61,936 nucleotides of DNA from Octopus bimaculoides. Taxonomy: Eukaryota. The position numbers were made by a program, and so were the translations under genes. Below are positions 49,332 through 61,936 of this stretch, piece by piece. The stretch is taken from NCBI RefSeq assembly GCF_001194135.2, contig NC_068988.1, positions 91,115,810-91,177,745 of the forward strand, in the 5' to 3' direction. Each line of letters begins with the position of its first letter. The stretch's first letter is position 1. Under the pieces are notes generated by a model. It was not told where the DNA came from and searched no databases. It saw only the letters and a list, made by a program, of their open reading frames with translations.

Positions 49332-52300
49332 NNNNNNNNNNNNNNNNNNNNNNNNNNNNNNNNNNNNNNNNNNNNNNNNNNNNNNNNNNNNNNNNNNNNN
49401 NNNNNNNNNNNNNNNNNNNNNNNNNNNNNNNNNNNNNNNNNNNNNNNNNNNNNNNNNNNNNNNNNNNNNNNNNNNNNNNAGACCGATAGATTAAAAAGAA
49501 CTTATTGCTGACTGAAATCTTACAAAAAAGAATTTAAATGTTCAAAATCCAGTCATGTTAGTTCAAAAATATTAAAGAAGAAACTAAATTTGTGAATCCA
49601 GCAAACTTGTTTTTTCCTCAATAATTATTTCGTTGTATTTACATTAATAACTCTTTTGTATTTACATTAGCAGCTCTTTTAAATTATCAGAATTTCTAGA
49701 TTCTAAACAGAAAACTTAAAGAGTTGTTTCTTACCATAAGTATTGTTGAAGAGTCGATATTGAACATTTTGGCGGCAGTGAGATAGCTTGGATTGGAGAC
49801 TCTTGCGAAGAATAGAGAAATCTAGAATTTTTTTTTTTAACAGATGAAAAAAAAAAGTTGAGATTATTTGTAAGTAAAGTTATATTTCATATAAGATGAG
49901 CAAGCTCACGATTAGAACTCCGTATGTATTGCTCTGCAGAATAGAGAAACGTAGGAAAATAAAAATAGCTGCTAATATTTTGGTTATGAACTATGGCGGT
50001 GATCTGGCAGAGTCGTTAGCACGCCGTGCAAAATACATAGCAGCATTTCGTCCGTCTTTACCTTCTGGGTTCAAATGCTGCCGAGGTGGGCTTTGCCTTT
50101 CATCCTTTCGGGGTTAATAAAATAAGTATCAGTTGAGCACTGAGATCGATGCAATTGATTTACCACTCTCCAAAAATTACTGGCCTTGTGCTAAAATTTA
50201 AAACCAATATTTTTCTTGGCAAAATAATTGCTTCTAATTTATGTTCAAGGCCTGCAATTTTGAAGTTAATTGTTACCGTCGACTTCAATACCAGACTGAT
50301 CCTTTCTTTTAACATTTCCGAAAGGATGAATGAAAAAGTTGGCGCCGGTAAGATTTTAACTCAGAGTACCGGAATAAATACCTCAAAACATTCTTCCAAC
50401 GCCCTCTTTGCTAAGCAAAATGATATTAAACATTATAAAGAGTATTTTCAGGTAAGACAAAATCGATGAATAGAAATAGATTAGAACCCTAAATCTACTG
50501 TTTTGAAATATAGTCGTTTCTGTTAGGTTGGAGCCAAAGTTAATACCGTTTTTCAACAAGTAGCATTTGCCATATCTGATAGGACTGTTCGCAAATGGTT
50601 CGCTACGTCTAGGAGTTAAAAACTTTGACCTGGAAGGCTGTGAACGTTTCGGCAGTCGTTGATGATGACCAAACAGAAACTCTTATCAAAAATAATCCCG
50701 ATCACACATCACGAGACAGTATTCCAGGGGTTGCGAGTGTCCAGCCTTGCAGCCAGGCACTTAATTTGCATAATACTCTCCTGTGGTTTCTCCGTTTTCT
50801 CTTGCAACAAATTGCAAGAAAAACGTAAATATTTTCTTAAGAAAAAGGGGAAATAATATATCGTGATATCTGGCTAACCCCAGAAGAATACTTTAACAAA
50901 TCGATTTGCAACCAACAATAGCTAAGTGCGAAAACTGGTAGTCGTGAAAGTGCATCCTATCGAATGCCTTTGATCACACGTGCTTGAGAAAATTACATTA
51001 ACAAAGCGATTTGCAAATGACATTTGTCATAAATTCAGTTGTGAATATTATTTAACGACAATTTTTAAAATTTACTTAAACGGCTGATTGCGATATCTTT
51101 GTTATCTGTTCATTTTGGGAAAAGGGTATCTTTATTAAAGACCTATTAATTGTAAAAAAATATATAAAGTAAATGTGAAATTAACGTTGTGATATCAATT
51201 TGAATATTATGTAATTGTGCGTAACAGATATTTTTAACCATTTTTTGTATGTTAATCTAGCCTAGCTTAAAGCCTACCGTTAGATTAGGGAATTTGAAAC
51301 CAGTAGCCATCGCGTCGTTATGCATATGTTTCCAGTTTAAAAAATTTTTTTTTTTATCAATAGTATTATTATTACTCTTATTCTTGGATTTATCGGTATT
51401 ATCGTCAGTGCGTTAGGTTCCCGCTTTTCTTCCAGTCGACTTTATTCATAATTTTATTTCCTTTTTTAGATTATAATTTAATCATATTAACCCTTCATCA
51501 AATAAAAAAAAATGGAATGATGATTATATGCGTTTTGGTTTCATTTGTACGGGGAAATTGAGGGTTTGTAAAAGCCACAGTGCATGCTTTGTGATATTGT
51601 GTTTTCCAACGCAAATTTGAAGCCGTCTAAGCTGCAAGAACACTTCAATAACTGGCAAAGCAGAGCCGATACTTTAGGCCATGATGTTGAATCGTTGAAA
51701 GCTAGAAGAGCCCGTTTTGATTCTCGAGCAACCCTTCCAAAATTACGTTCTGTATCTGCTAATAAACCGCTGCTTCATACTAAGTAGCCGAGTCCAAGAG
51801 GTCCCATACAATTTCAGAAGAACTTATCAAACCATGTGCATTAGGAATGGTAACACCTGTTCTGGGAAAAGAAGCAAGAAAGGTGGAACGTGACTATGAT
51901 TTGCTTGGAGAATTGGAATCACAAGACTTCAATGAAATGCTAGCTTATTTGACAAACATTTTCAACCGTATGAATGATCTGAGTCTATCTTTTCAAGGAA
52001 AAAAAACATAAATATATTGAAATGCTGTGAAAACGCTTTCAAAGAAAAGTTAGCTCTTTGGTGTCGACGAGTGAAAAGAGGGAATCTTTCAAGTTTTCCA
52101 TCACTTGAAGAAACGATCGATAATGAATCTATATATAATTCCTAGTGTATGTGAAGAAACTGTGGCTCATTTGGAAATGTTGTCAAAGTCGTTTGACGAT
52201 TATTTTGCGGCAGGAAAACTGGAAACTTCTGAAGAACAAAGGAGAAAACTGATTCGAAGACTACAGATCCAAGCCATCACTGGAACTGTAAAGATCTGTA

Positions 52301-55300
52301 AAACTTTCCAGAAATTTATCATGCAAGCATATACGAGCATATCTATACGTGCAACTATATGCATGAGAATACATACATAAAATAAAACATAGAAATCTGC
52401 ACGTATACATACATACATACATACATACAATGAAAACAAAATAACTCACCCTTGTCATTGTGTCTTGGCTGTGCTCTTTATTGAGACTCAGTCTGTATAA
52501 ATACTCGACGGGTTCTTCAACCTGAAACAAGGAAAGAATAGAAAGAACAACAAATTTTTGATGGGTTCTAGTTTTTAATACAGTTGTCGTCGTTGTCATC
52601 GCTGCTGCTTCTGTTGTTGTTGTTATTGTTGTTGTTGTCGTTGTTGGTGATGTTACGGCTATTGCTTAGCTATACATCGACCCAGAACTAACTAATTTAT
52701 GCTCAAATGTATACCAAACTGACTAAACCGTCTCTCAAATAGCTTGACTGTGATTTGAGGGAAATTTAACCACTATCTTATCATAAAGCTCCCAGGATTG
52801 GCTTGGATTGTTGTTGTTGTTGTTTTAGCCCACGGTCAGCCCAGATTTAGCAGATTTATGATTAAAAACGTTCCATCCAGGAGCACCATATACTTTTAAG
52901 AACATTCTAAAGGCAATAGAACATGTGGGTCTTATAATTTTTCAAGACGGATTCAGTTCTTGGATAAGACGAAATGTTGTGCCCTTGAGCAAGGCCCATC
53001 ATTTCACGTGACTTCAATAGAATCCTAATGTAACAGGTGTGATTATTGAACAAGACAGCATGTTGTACCCTTGAGCGAAGCATATCATTTCACGTTATAC
53101 GAAACTCCCATCTGAAAACGAGTGCCAGCTGACTGTTGGTGCAACCTTTGCTCCCTCCAGCTATCACGCCTTCCATGCTTTACTGGGCTAAGGGTGAGAG
53201 GTTTTAAACATTATCTACGTCTACTCGCGACCCTAAAAGCACCAAATGTAACAAGCGATAGCATGGTACATGCTTCCATGTTATGCTCGATTGTGAGTAA
53301 CGGTTTATCTTTTAAAGCTCTCAGTGGGTAATATACCAGCAATTTGGTTGGTCTTACCGGCAGGTGAGATGTCCACGGGGAGATTTGTTATGGGTTAATA
53401 TTTTATATTGTTTGTTTTGGTTAGGGTTATATTATATATATANNNNNNNNNNNNNNNNNNNNNNNNNNNNNNNNNNNNNNNNNNNNNNNNNNNNNNNNNN
53501 NNNNNNNNNNNNNNNNNNNNNNNNNNNNNNNNNNNNNNNNNNNNNNNNNNNNNNNNNNNNNNNNNNNNNNNNNNNNNNNNNNNNNNNNNNNNNNNNNNNN
53601 NNNNNNNNNNNNNNNNNNNNNNNNNNNNNNNNNNNNNNNNNNNNNNNNNNNNNNNNNNNNNNNNNNNNNNNNNNNNNNNNNNNNNNNNNNNNNNNNNNNN
53701 NNNNNNNNNNNNNNNNNNNNNNNNNNNNNNNNNNNNNNNNNNNNNNNNNNNNNNNNNNNNNNNNNNNNNNNNNNNNNNNNNNNNNNNNNNNNNNNNNNNN
53801 NNNNNNNNNNNNNNNNNNNNNNNNNNNNNNNNNNNNNNNNNNNNNNNNNNNNNNNNNNNNNNNNNNNNNNNNNNNNNNNNNTATGTATGTGTGTATATGT
53901 ATATACGGCGGGCTTCTTCCCGCTTCTGTCTACCAAATCCACTCACAAGGTCTTGGTCAGCCTGAGGCTATAGTAGAAGACACTTGCTCAAGATGCCGCG
54001 TGTACGTGTGCACGTGTGTGTGTGTGTGTGTGTGTGTGCGTGTGTGTGTGTGTGTGTATGTGTGTGTGCGTATGTGTACGTGTGTGTGTGTGTGTGTGAG
54101 AGTATACATATACCTATTAATATGCATATAATATAGTCATATCAATTCAGAAGCATCTATACATTGAGTAATGATTAAATTTTGGGATAAAATTTTGGCT
54201 TTAAAACTAATGTTAGTAACAAATTTAAAAGTTAATATTCTGGATGTCACCTTAGATTTAAATATGAAATTCTACACAGAAAATATTATATTCCATAATC
54301 ATTTGCCATACAATGTATCTAACTACTCATGTAGAAGAATTGGTAGAATTATACAAGCTAAATGTCACTCAAAAACGCTATGTTAACCTGATAAAATAGT
54401 TATTTATAGATAGAATTGACAACGATACCTCTTCATACAGAAATATTTATATACAAAATACAAGTAATATCCGATTCAAACTATAATATCACCTGGAAAA
54501 GCACTGAAAGGTGAAAACTTTACAAAATTGGTAGTAATAGATGTAGTCCACATAATTTAGATAAAAGACAGAACTAAAAAAAAAAGAAATGTTTAGCAAC
54601 TAGGGATATATTTGAATGTTAAATCTGAAACGTCTGGAAAATGAAGACATGAGGATAAATTCATTTCACGTAACTGGACACACCCGTATTAAATGAGAAA
54701 TTGTTTTTGTGCGCAAGTGTAATGAAATGTATGGAGCGATGAATGCATGTCTGCTGTTTTGGATTACGCATATACCCCTTTACGCCCTTATGATACTTCT
54801 ATTCAAATTTATGTGAATTTTAATTTTTTTAAAAACATATAAAACTGTAACTGCGTATATCTACTTGATCCGACTGTCAGAATCTGTCGATATTTATGTA
54901 ATAATTGTTTTACAACGTAATTCCAATTTTAGATATTGGTCAAATTTTCATTTGGGACCTCGCTTTAATTTATACATTTTTACCCTTTAAACATAATAGG
55001 TGAAAGTTACTAAATAAATATTTCTCATAGTGTTTTGACTTCTCCCAAACGAAATATTCTCTTTCTCTCTCTTTATATAAATATATATCTCTTTATATAN
55101 NNNNNNNNNNNNNNNNNNNNNNNNNNNNNNNNNNNNNNNNNNNNNNNNNNNNNNNNNNNNNNNNNNNNNNNNNNNNNNNNNTATAAGGGTGATGCAAAAA
55201 AGGGGGAAAAATTTTTATTTTCAATTTTCAGGAGACACCCTCCTATTTTATTCATAGTCCTAAGAAAGCATTGTATGCGAAATTTGGGGTTAAAAAAGAG

Positions 55301-56820
55301 AAAATTAGAGGTTGCTACCAAACTTTAAAAGTAAAGGTATAAAAGTTTGTGCTAAAAAGTATTGTATAAAAATAAATGTATAAACGTATATTCTAGGCTA
55401 TAGCATGTAGTGAGGTACGGCGTATAGCGCGTTAACTTTTTTTTATGTGGAAGTTCCCCCAGTAGGCATATCATAACTACTTATGTAATTTTTTTTTTTT
55501 TTTTGTGAAGCAAGAGTAATGTTTCTTGTTTTTGTTTGAGAGTTGTATCCCTCCATCAGTCGTACATCTCTTTCCGCAATATCCTTTATCACTTTGAGCC
55601 CGTATGTGATATCTTTTGCATTCGCATAACTTTCGTCATCATTCCATTCTTCAGCAAGGCACCTCTAGGATTTCAAAGAATCTTTTTGTGTTGGCAGTAG
55701 CGAAATCCTGCCCAGCCGATTCAGAATTTATTGATGCTAGTTTGCTCGGTTTTGAGTCAACTGGTTTCTGCAGAGAATGCTTCATTTTGTTTTAATGTCT
55801 CATGCGAAACTGCCGAATCAAACAAATGCAGAAACCACAAGCTCCTCAGAGACGTACCACAATGTGTCTTAAAAACTTATTGAGTGCAGCACTTGTAATT
55901 TTGTCATCCTTTTGCTTGTAGAGCAGCAGACTTTGCACAAAATGCAAATCTGAACGGAGGGTGCACGAGGGTATGGATGCCAGGCACCACGATCTGATGT
56001 ATATCGCTGCTGAAAAGCAGCAAACATCTCTCAGTTCTTTTCCCTCTCTCTCAGTTAGTTTAAACTGAGATTTAAACATCCAAATTTTAATGCAGTAAAT
56101 TAGCTTGGCCATCCATCGTGCTCTGTGATAAGCTCCGGGTGCTTTAACGCTGATTCCTGACTTGGGGGTACTACCGAGGAACATGAGTGTTAACTCGAGC
56201 GATTCCTTGTAGTCACCATGAGGCTGCTGTTCATCAAGCTGAGCTTGAGCAAATTGAATGATTTCTTCAGCATCTGAAATTTTCTCTGCAATGTTAGGGT
56301 CATCTGTTGCTGTTTGGTAATTGTTCTTGTCAATTTCCACTCACTTTGCTTTGAATCTCTTAAACAGTTGTATGTCGGGGCCAGTAGAAGATGGCAAGGA
56401 GACAGAAAATGTACAATAAATACAAACTGAAAAATAAGAATATACAAAATGGTCAGTGGATGGTAGCAACCGCTAAAATGTCTTCAATGGTGCTGAAATT
56501 TTACATGTTGTTTTTGCACTAGACTAAATAAAATTAGAGGCAAATTAGATGTATGTGTGTGCACACACACACACACACACATGCGCACAAACAAACAAAA
56601 AGAACGCAGTGTGAATAACGGACAGAGTCAAAACTATTGAAAAGGTTACACGACACAACGAAAATTTTAGGAAAATAAAAATAAGAAATAAGTGGAAATT
56701 TTACCGGTGAGTGTGTTAAATTAGAAGGCCCTAAAAGAAAATGACTCTACTCAGACACAACAGAATATGCTTCAACACACGAACTCACATAAAGAATCTT
56801 GCAAACCAAATCCAAAAACG

Positions 56821-56864
<44 letters not shown>

Positions 56865-57905
56865 GTATGTGTGTGTGAGTGTCTGTGTCTGTGAGTGAGT
56901 GTGAGTTTGCAAATATATAAATACACACACATATAATTGTATAAATATACGTCAACATACAGCAGCTTGCAAGGTGATGCCACTATAGAGAACTGATGTT
57001 GAGAAGACGATCCGTGTTATTGCCATTAAAGCGATAAGTAATTTTCCTGTAATATCTACTTCTTTCTGAAATAGGACGTAGATCAAGACACATGCTATAA
57101 TTATCAAGAGCATGAAGAGAGTGACTAAGTATATTGAGAAGTAGGTGTTGACTTGATGGAGAAGCTCCATTATCTCTTCGTATTTCTTCTGTATATGAAT
57201 CAACTTACTGTCAACGTCACCAGTTGTCTGTTTTTTGTCGTCGAGGAGTTTCAGTTTTTGTGAGAGGGCATGCAACTCACAACAGATTATTTCCACGAAG
57301 AAATAAAGTAGTATATGGTCGCTGAATATTCCTGAAGCAATGAACCAGCTGAAAAGCAGGTAGTTTATTATTTCAAAAGCTGTATTCTTCCACATTGGTA
57401 TATGTAATAAAGTGTTCATATTAGTCGACGCAAATTCAGTTATACTCAGTATTCCAATAGTTAACATACTCATGATTATTATAAAAGCTGAAAATACCAC
57501 TGTAAATAGAACTTTCCGCTTTAATTTCCTGAAATAATTTTGCTCCGTTAAAGGTAAATAAGCCGCGAATTTCTCTTGCAATCTTCTGCCATATACGATA
57601 TCGAAGATGAACCTCATATTCTGTGTTAAAATTTCCACAGTATAGAAAAGCAAAAAAACGAAAAAGACGACGAATTTTGTGGTATTCATCCCTGTGTCTA
57701 ATATCATACATAAGCGCCATATATTAAATGCCAAAAATAGTAAAACGATACACTTAAGAACTTTAAACAAATTCTTTTGGCATTTGGTGAGATAACCTGA
57801 CGGGTAAAATTCTTGACCGGCGAGCGCCGTAAAATGCAATGCAGGTTTAAAAACATCCATCAGACTTTCTTCATGCGAATCCTCTGTTGATCGCCCGTGG
57901 TACAT
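47124..57905 (-). CDS. Gustatory receptor-like (GRL / 7TM ion-channel superfamily) protein, 4 exons (57905-56961, 52521-52450, 49821-49735, 47249-47124), 409 aa
   Basis: 315+24+29+41 codons, all introns GT-AG phase 0 and clustered at the C-terminus as in the GR family; multiple hydrophobic helices; C-terminal SYLTAAKMFNIDSSTILM / ISGTLLSYGVIVFQ matches the GR TM7 signature (T/S)Yhhhh(h)Q. Confidence 0.88.
47739..48004. mobile_element. hAT (Charlie-like) MITE
   Basis: Ends cagagctcctcaac / tttgagaaccactg; 8-bp flanks gcctaaac / gtccaaac. Confidence 0.6.
49083..49300 (+). mobile_element. tRNA-derived SINE sharing the family C body with a different head
   Basis: A box tggcttagtgg, B-box-like gagttcatttcc, body ctgaatctccctgagaactacgttaagagtacacgagtctgtggag. 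Confidence 0.72.
49735..49821 (-). CDS. GRL exon 3
   Basis: ttctag|ISLFFARVSNPSYLTAAKMFNIDSSTILM|gtaag; 87 nt, phase 0-0; LTA..MF.ID is GR TM7a-like. Confidence 0.85.
50523..50715 (+). mobile_element. Hsmar1-like mariner 5' fragment (GRL intron 2)
   Basis: TIR-like ttaggttggagccaaagttaataccgttttt; AISDRTVRKWFA, VVDDDQTETLIKNNPDHTSRD. Confidence 0.7.
51510..52240 (+). mobile_element. hAT (Buster/ZBED8-like) transposase remnant, internally deleted (GRL intron 2)
   Basis: WNDDYMRFGF, PQCMLCDIVFSNANLKPSKLQEHF (BED finger), HTISEELIKPCAL, LAYLTNIFNRMNDLSLSFQG, VAHLEMLSKSFDDYF. Confidence 0.82.
52450..52521 (-). CDS. GRL exon 2
   Basis: ttgtttcag|VEEPVEYLYRLSLNKEHSQDTMTR|gtgag; 72 nt, phase 0-0. 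Confidence 0.82.
55600..56345 (-). mobile_element. DDE-type transposase remnant, superfamily unassigned (GRL intron 1)
   Basis: QPHGDYKESLEL..FLG, PGAYHRARWMAKLIYCIKIWMF..QFKLT, SAALNKFLRH; I recall this motif set from a widespread invertebrate transposase family; no TIRs identified. Confidence 0.65.
56961..57905 (-). CDS. GRL exon 1 (TM1-TM6)
   Basis: 945 nt from ATG to ...LQAA|gtatgt; multi-pass hydrophobic ORF with HIQKKYEEIMELLHQVNTYFS helix. Confidence 0.9.
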
Positions 57906-58271
57906 GTTGGTGGAGTTACTGCAGCTGGATATATCAGCACTAGAGATGATAAAAGGAGTTAGATGACATCATTATGAATATGTATTCTTTGGCTCGTTTT
58001 ATGCCATACTGCTTGGGAGAAGCTTTGTGATTATCTTGCTCCTCTAACCAGACATCAAGCAGCTATTTGCTGTAATATTGACGCTTGTGATGTAGTAATA
58101 GCTGTAGTGATGCTGCTGGTGATATCAGTAATGGTGTTGTCTATAGATGTATAGTTGTAGTCGTTACACATGTAGTGGTGGTGGTAGTGATTTCACGCTA
58201 CTCTGTACCCTGGTCATAAAATATACTCATTCATTAATTATGCCACAAAATTCAAAGGAGATAATAAAAGC

Positions 58272-58325
<54 letters not shown>

Positions 58326-58438
58326 GAGAGAAACGAAAAAAGAAAGAAAGGAAAAAAGGAAATGGAATCACACAATACGAAGATTTAATGAATGTAAAGA
58401 GCGTGTATGCGTATGTATGTATTAATGTATTCATATAT

Positions 58439-58509
<71 letters not shown>

Positions 58510-61001
58510 TTTTGGGGCGTTGTTTATAAAATAACTTGGAAGTGATGTATGCATTGTAGTGTTGAATTGTCGTTCATACTATGTGTCTGTGTTGAAGTGA
58601 TGCATATATCAGACTATTGAAACGATTTATGTAAATATACCTTTGATACAAAACTCAGACGTTACACTTGCTCTCTTGGGATCTGACATTAAATACATTA
58701 GGGAATAGATGTACATTAGCAACTATTCCCCACTTCACATCCTCACACACTCATACACCCATACACACGTTTGTCGGCAACTCAATATAATATTATCGAC
58801 ATGTAGGTCATAGAGATAAAAATTTACTATTGACGATTTGATTTCGATTCCTTCTTGCAGCAGGATTAATATTATTCTTACTACCCTTGAAAGGGCATGA
58901 CCGTCACATAATCTTATTGCTTTTACTCAGTAAATATATGTCCCTACTCCTGAATGATTCATACAATAAGATAAAGATTAGATAAAACGCTAAGAAGATT
59001 CGATACTAGCTTCGAAATACTTTCACATCTATTTGAAGAACAATCTAGGTTCTGAAATTCTGAACATCAGATTCTCAGGATTTGGCAAAAATGTATTCTT
59101 TAATTTAAAAACTAGTTTTGTTTTTAAATTTAAAACAAAAATTTTTAATAGATTCAAATATAGCATTTCAAATTTTCAAATATAGCATTTAAAAAAAAAA
59201 AAAACATTTTAAAGCATTAATAAATAAATTGGAGGATATAAATTCAGTTGACTGATGCTGTACATAAGTAGTACCTATTTCGACTTTCATTGATAAATGT
59301 ACGATTAAAATTATTTAGTACATATCAGCTAGCTTGAACAATTGGTGTAACTTACATGCAGTCATGCTATCCTAAATATGACCATGCACTTGAGGCTGGG
59401 AAAATGGGGAATTGTGTATCACATGTGTGTGTGTGTGTGTATGTGTGTGAGTGTGCATGCGTGTGTGTATATGTATATATATGTATGTAGATGGTAGCGA
59501 TGGTTCCCTGTAGACTGACGATCGTACGGAAGTATGTAATGTAGGCATAAAAGAAGGTCTCTTCAGAAACAGATTCAACTACCACAAGTCGTAGGAAGTG
59601 CCGCTAAGCATAGTGCCTGACGCACTAATAATAATGTATACATATCTCTCCACACACACGCATCACACAGAGAAAGAGACAGACAGAGAGAGAGTAAGCG
59701 AGAGAAAGCGAGGAAGGGACAGAGTGATACATATACATGTGTGTGTGTGTAACTTAGCGGTTCGGCAAAGGAGACCGATAGAATAAGTACTAGGCTTACA
59801 AAGAATAAGTCCTGGGAACGATTTGCTCGACTAAGGGCGGTTCTCCAGCATGGCCGCAGTGAAATAACTGAAACAAGTAAACAATTTTTGAAAAGCGACA
59901 TTAACCACCATAATTGTAGATTTTTGATCTTGTTTGCAGTCAATGACTCACTATATATTCACTGTCCTCCTCTTCTCTTTATTCCGCCATAACTTCTCCA
60001 TTCTCTAGCACTCTTCTCAGTAGATTCAGCTGACGAATGAATATAAACTAACGGAAGTGCATACATATTGTTTGATTCTTTGACTCCGAATCACCATGCG
60101 TTACCATTTTACCATTTTATTCTTGGTAATAGGCACATCACAATCCCCGGTGTATCATCTCCATTTAAATTGTGGGTACTTTTAGTGGACTTAAAGGCAT
60201 CCACGACAGAGGTTTCTCGTGAATACACAACACCACTCGTCACACTCTCGCAAGAAAATAAAAAAGAACTAAAATCGTTACTTAATTCTCTCTCTTCTCA
60301 AATGTACAGGAACTTCGTTCCAGCCCTGACACCATTTGCTAACACAAAAACCCGCATCCTATTTTACTTCAAGACTCAGTTATTTTCATCTCTATCTATA
60401 GTTTATCTCTGCTACAAGACTACACATTTTACTCAAACTTCACTATGAGAAACGCTATCCATTTTCCCTGCCACTCAGCCACCTTTTCCAGGTATCAGTA
60501 ACAGTCACTTCTCGTTCCTCTTACTCAGAGTCTCCATCCTTCCCTCGTTCTTTAAAACTTCTGGAAGCATTAGCAACTCTTCTAATATATCTCCTCCTAT
60601 ATCAAGGACATATGTCTCATTTGAAACTTCTCCGAAGACATTCAAAGCTCTGAATCGTCACAGAGATATTTCAAACACTCTAGATCTCGTTTTCGTATTC
60701 AAACTGAACCAGTACCAGATCACAACTGTCTATGTATTTATCTTGCGGCCGATCAATGCTTTATCGATGATACATACAACATGCACTATGTATTACATAA
60801 CGTCTTCTTCCTCTGGACCATACAGTACTTTAATTCGGCTGACAGACAGGATCCCCGCTAGTTTTATGCCAATTATCATCTCAACATATGTGATTCATCC
60901 CATAAAAATAAACAGAGAGGCATGTGGCTGAAATAACCTCTAAGTCATGTTTCTCTGCATCCCAACACAGCTACAAATCAATTCCCTAATTACTACAAGT
61001 G

Positions 61002-61040
<39 letters not shown>

Positions 61041-61896
61041 NNNNNNNNNNNNNNNNNNNNNNNNNNNNNNNNNNNNNNNNNNNNNNNNNNNNNNNNNNNN
61101 NNNNNNNNNNNNNNNNNNNNNNNNNNNNNNNNNNNNNNNNNNNNNNNNNNNNNNNNNNNNNNNNNNNNNNNNNNNNNNNNATATATACATATAGCTGCGC
61201 TGAAGTGGTGCAGGCAAAATCAAAGCTCAAAACGATTGGAGAAAATTACCGAACTCCAAAGCTGGGACTTTTAGAACTTTTAATTTCCAATACCTATTTA
61301 GAAATTTGTTTATTTTGAAATATTCTTTGTTAGGTTATCTTATTTAGTTATCTTCCCTAATGAAAGCCTTGCTCTGTTTCTTGATAATGTTTTCTTTCAA
61401 ACCATTTTAACGTTGAACATTTATTTTCTAATCTTAGATCTTACTTGCAACTACGGTTTCATTTGTACACGATAATAATCTACATTACATATTACATAAT
61501 TTAAAACACTTTCTGAGTCATGAAATTTCAAGCTGTAGATCGATTTAATGTCTCTATTAGCACTAATGAAAATGATAATGTATATGTCCAGTCGGCCTGG
61601 ACATACTAGACGTACTTAACGTATGAATCCACTAATAATAATATTCGATTATATCGAGATGGCAGGTTGCTTATATCATGCAGATGTAATAATTTATACT
61701 TTCAGTCACAGCAACGAAGAGTACTTCACGATCAACAAACCATATGTATAAATCGAGTGACTGAAATGTCGACTTGGGCATCAAGTATATCGAAGTAATA
61801 AAGTTAATGTCTGGTCATAGAGTGACCAATGGTTTCGCATCCACGAAGGTTGTAGCTTCGTAGACAACCCATCAGACTCTAGCCCGAAGACAAACT

Positions 61897-61936
<40 letters not shown>

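Noticed and set aside
56952-56960. GRL as an intronless 317-aa protein ending AAVC*
   Set aside because: It would lack TM7; a donor GCT|gtatgt and three in-phase downstream exons complete the family signature.
60068-60800. 126-aa ORF and a faint RRVANASRSF LINE-like motif on the minus strand
   Set aside because: Too degraded to support a gene or element call.

Overview
AT-rich, microsatellite-dense eukaryotic DNA from a draft assembly with about 16 N-gaps. The SINE families, (CA)n/(TA)n/(ATT)n density and TTAGGG repeats suggest an octopod cephalopod (inference). Most listed ORFs are microsatellite or N-gap artefacts. Two spliced genes could be reconstructed by hand with consistent phases and GT-AG sites. 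(1) A + strand 4-exon gene (16250-34542, 573 aa) encodes signal peptide - 4-Cys half-EGF modules and an Asn/Ser-rich stalk - two EGF domains - transmembrane helix - TIR domain, i.e. a TLR-type TIR receptor with EGF rather than LRR ectodomain. (2) A - strand 4-exon gustatory-receptor-like (GRL/7TM ion channel) gene (57905-47124, 409 aa) has the three C-terminal phase-0 introns typical of the family. A duplicated copy of the GRL last exon and its 3' flank lies 40 kb away (about 5497-7290), interrupted by a non-autonomous Helitron whose empty site is visible in the other copy. The rest is decayed mobile DNA: Tigger/pogo, Chapaev3-like, mariners, hAT, Helitrons, two R4/Dong-like RLE retrotransposons in (TAA)n, an L1/Tx1, a Penelope, and several tRNA-derived SINE families. 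Three + strand minimal hammerhead-ribozyme motifs were found: one intact in the TIR-receptor intron, one decayed at the Penelope 3' end, and one in the tail of a tRNA-headed SINE with inverted self-copies at its 5' end (candidate Penelope-mobilised SINE). All alignments and folds were done by eye; nothing was searched or computed.
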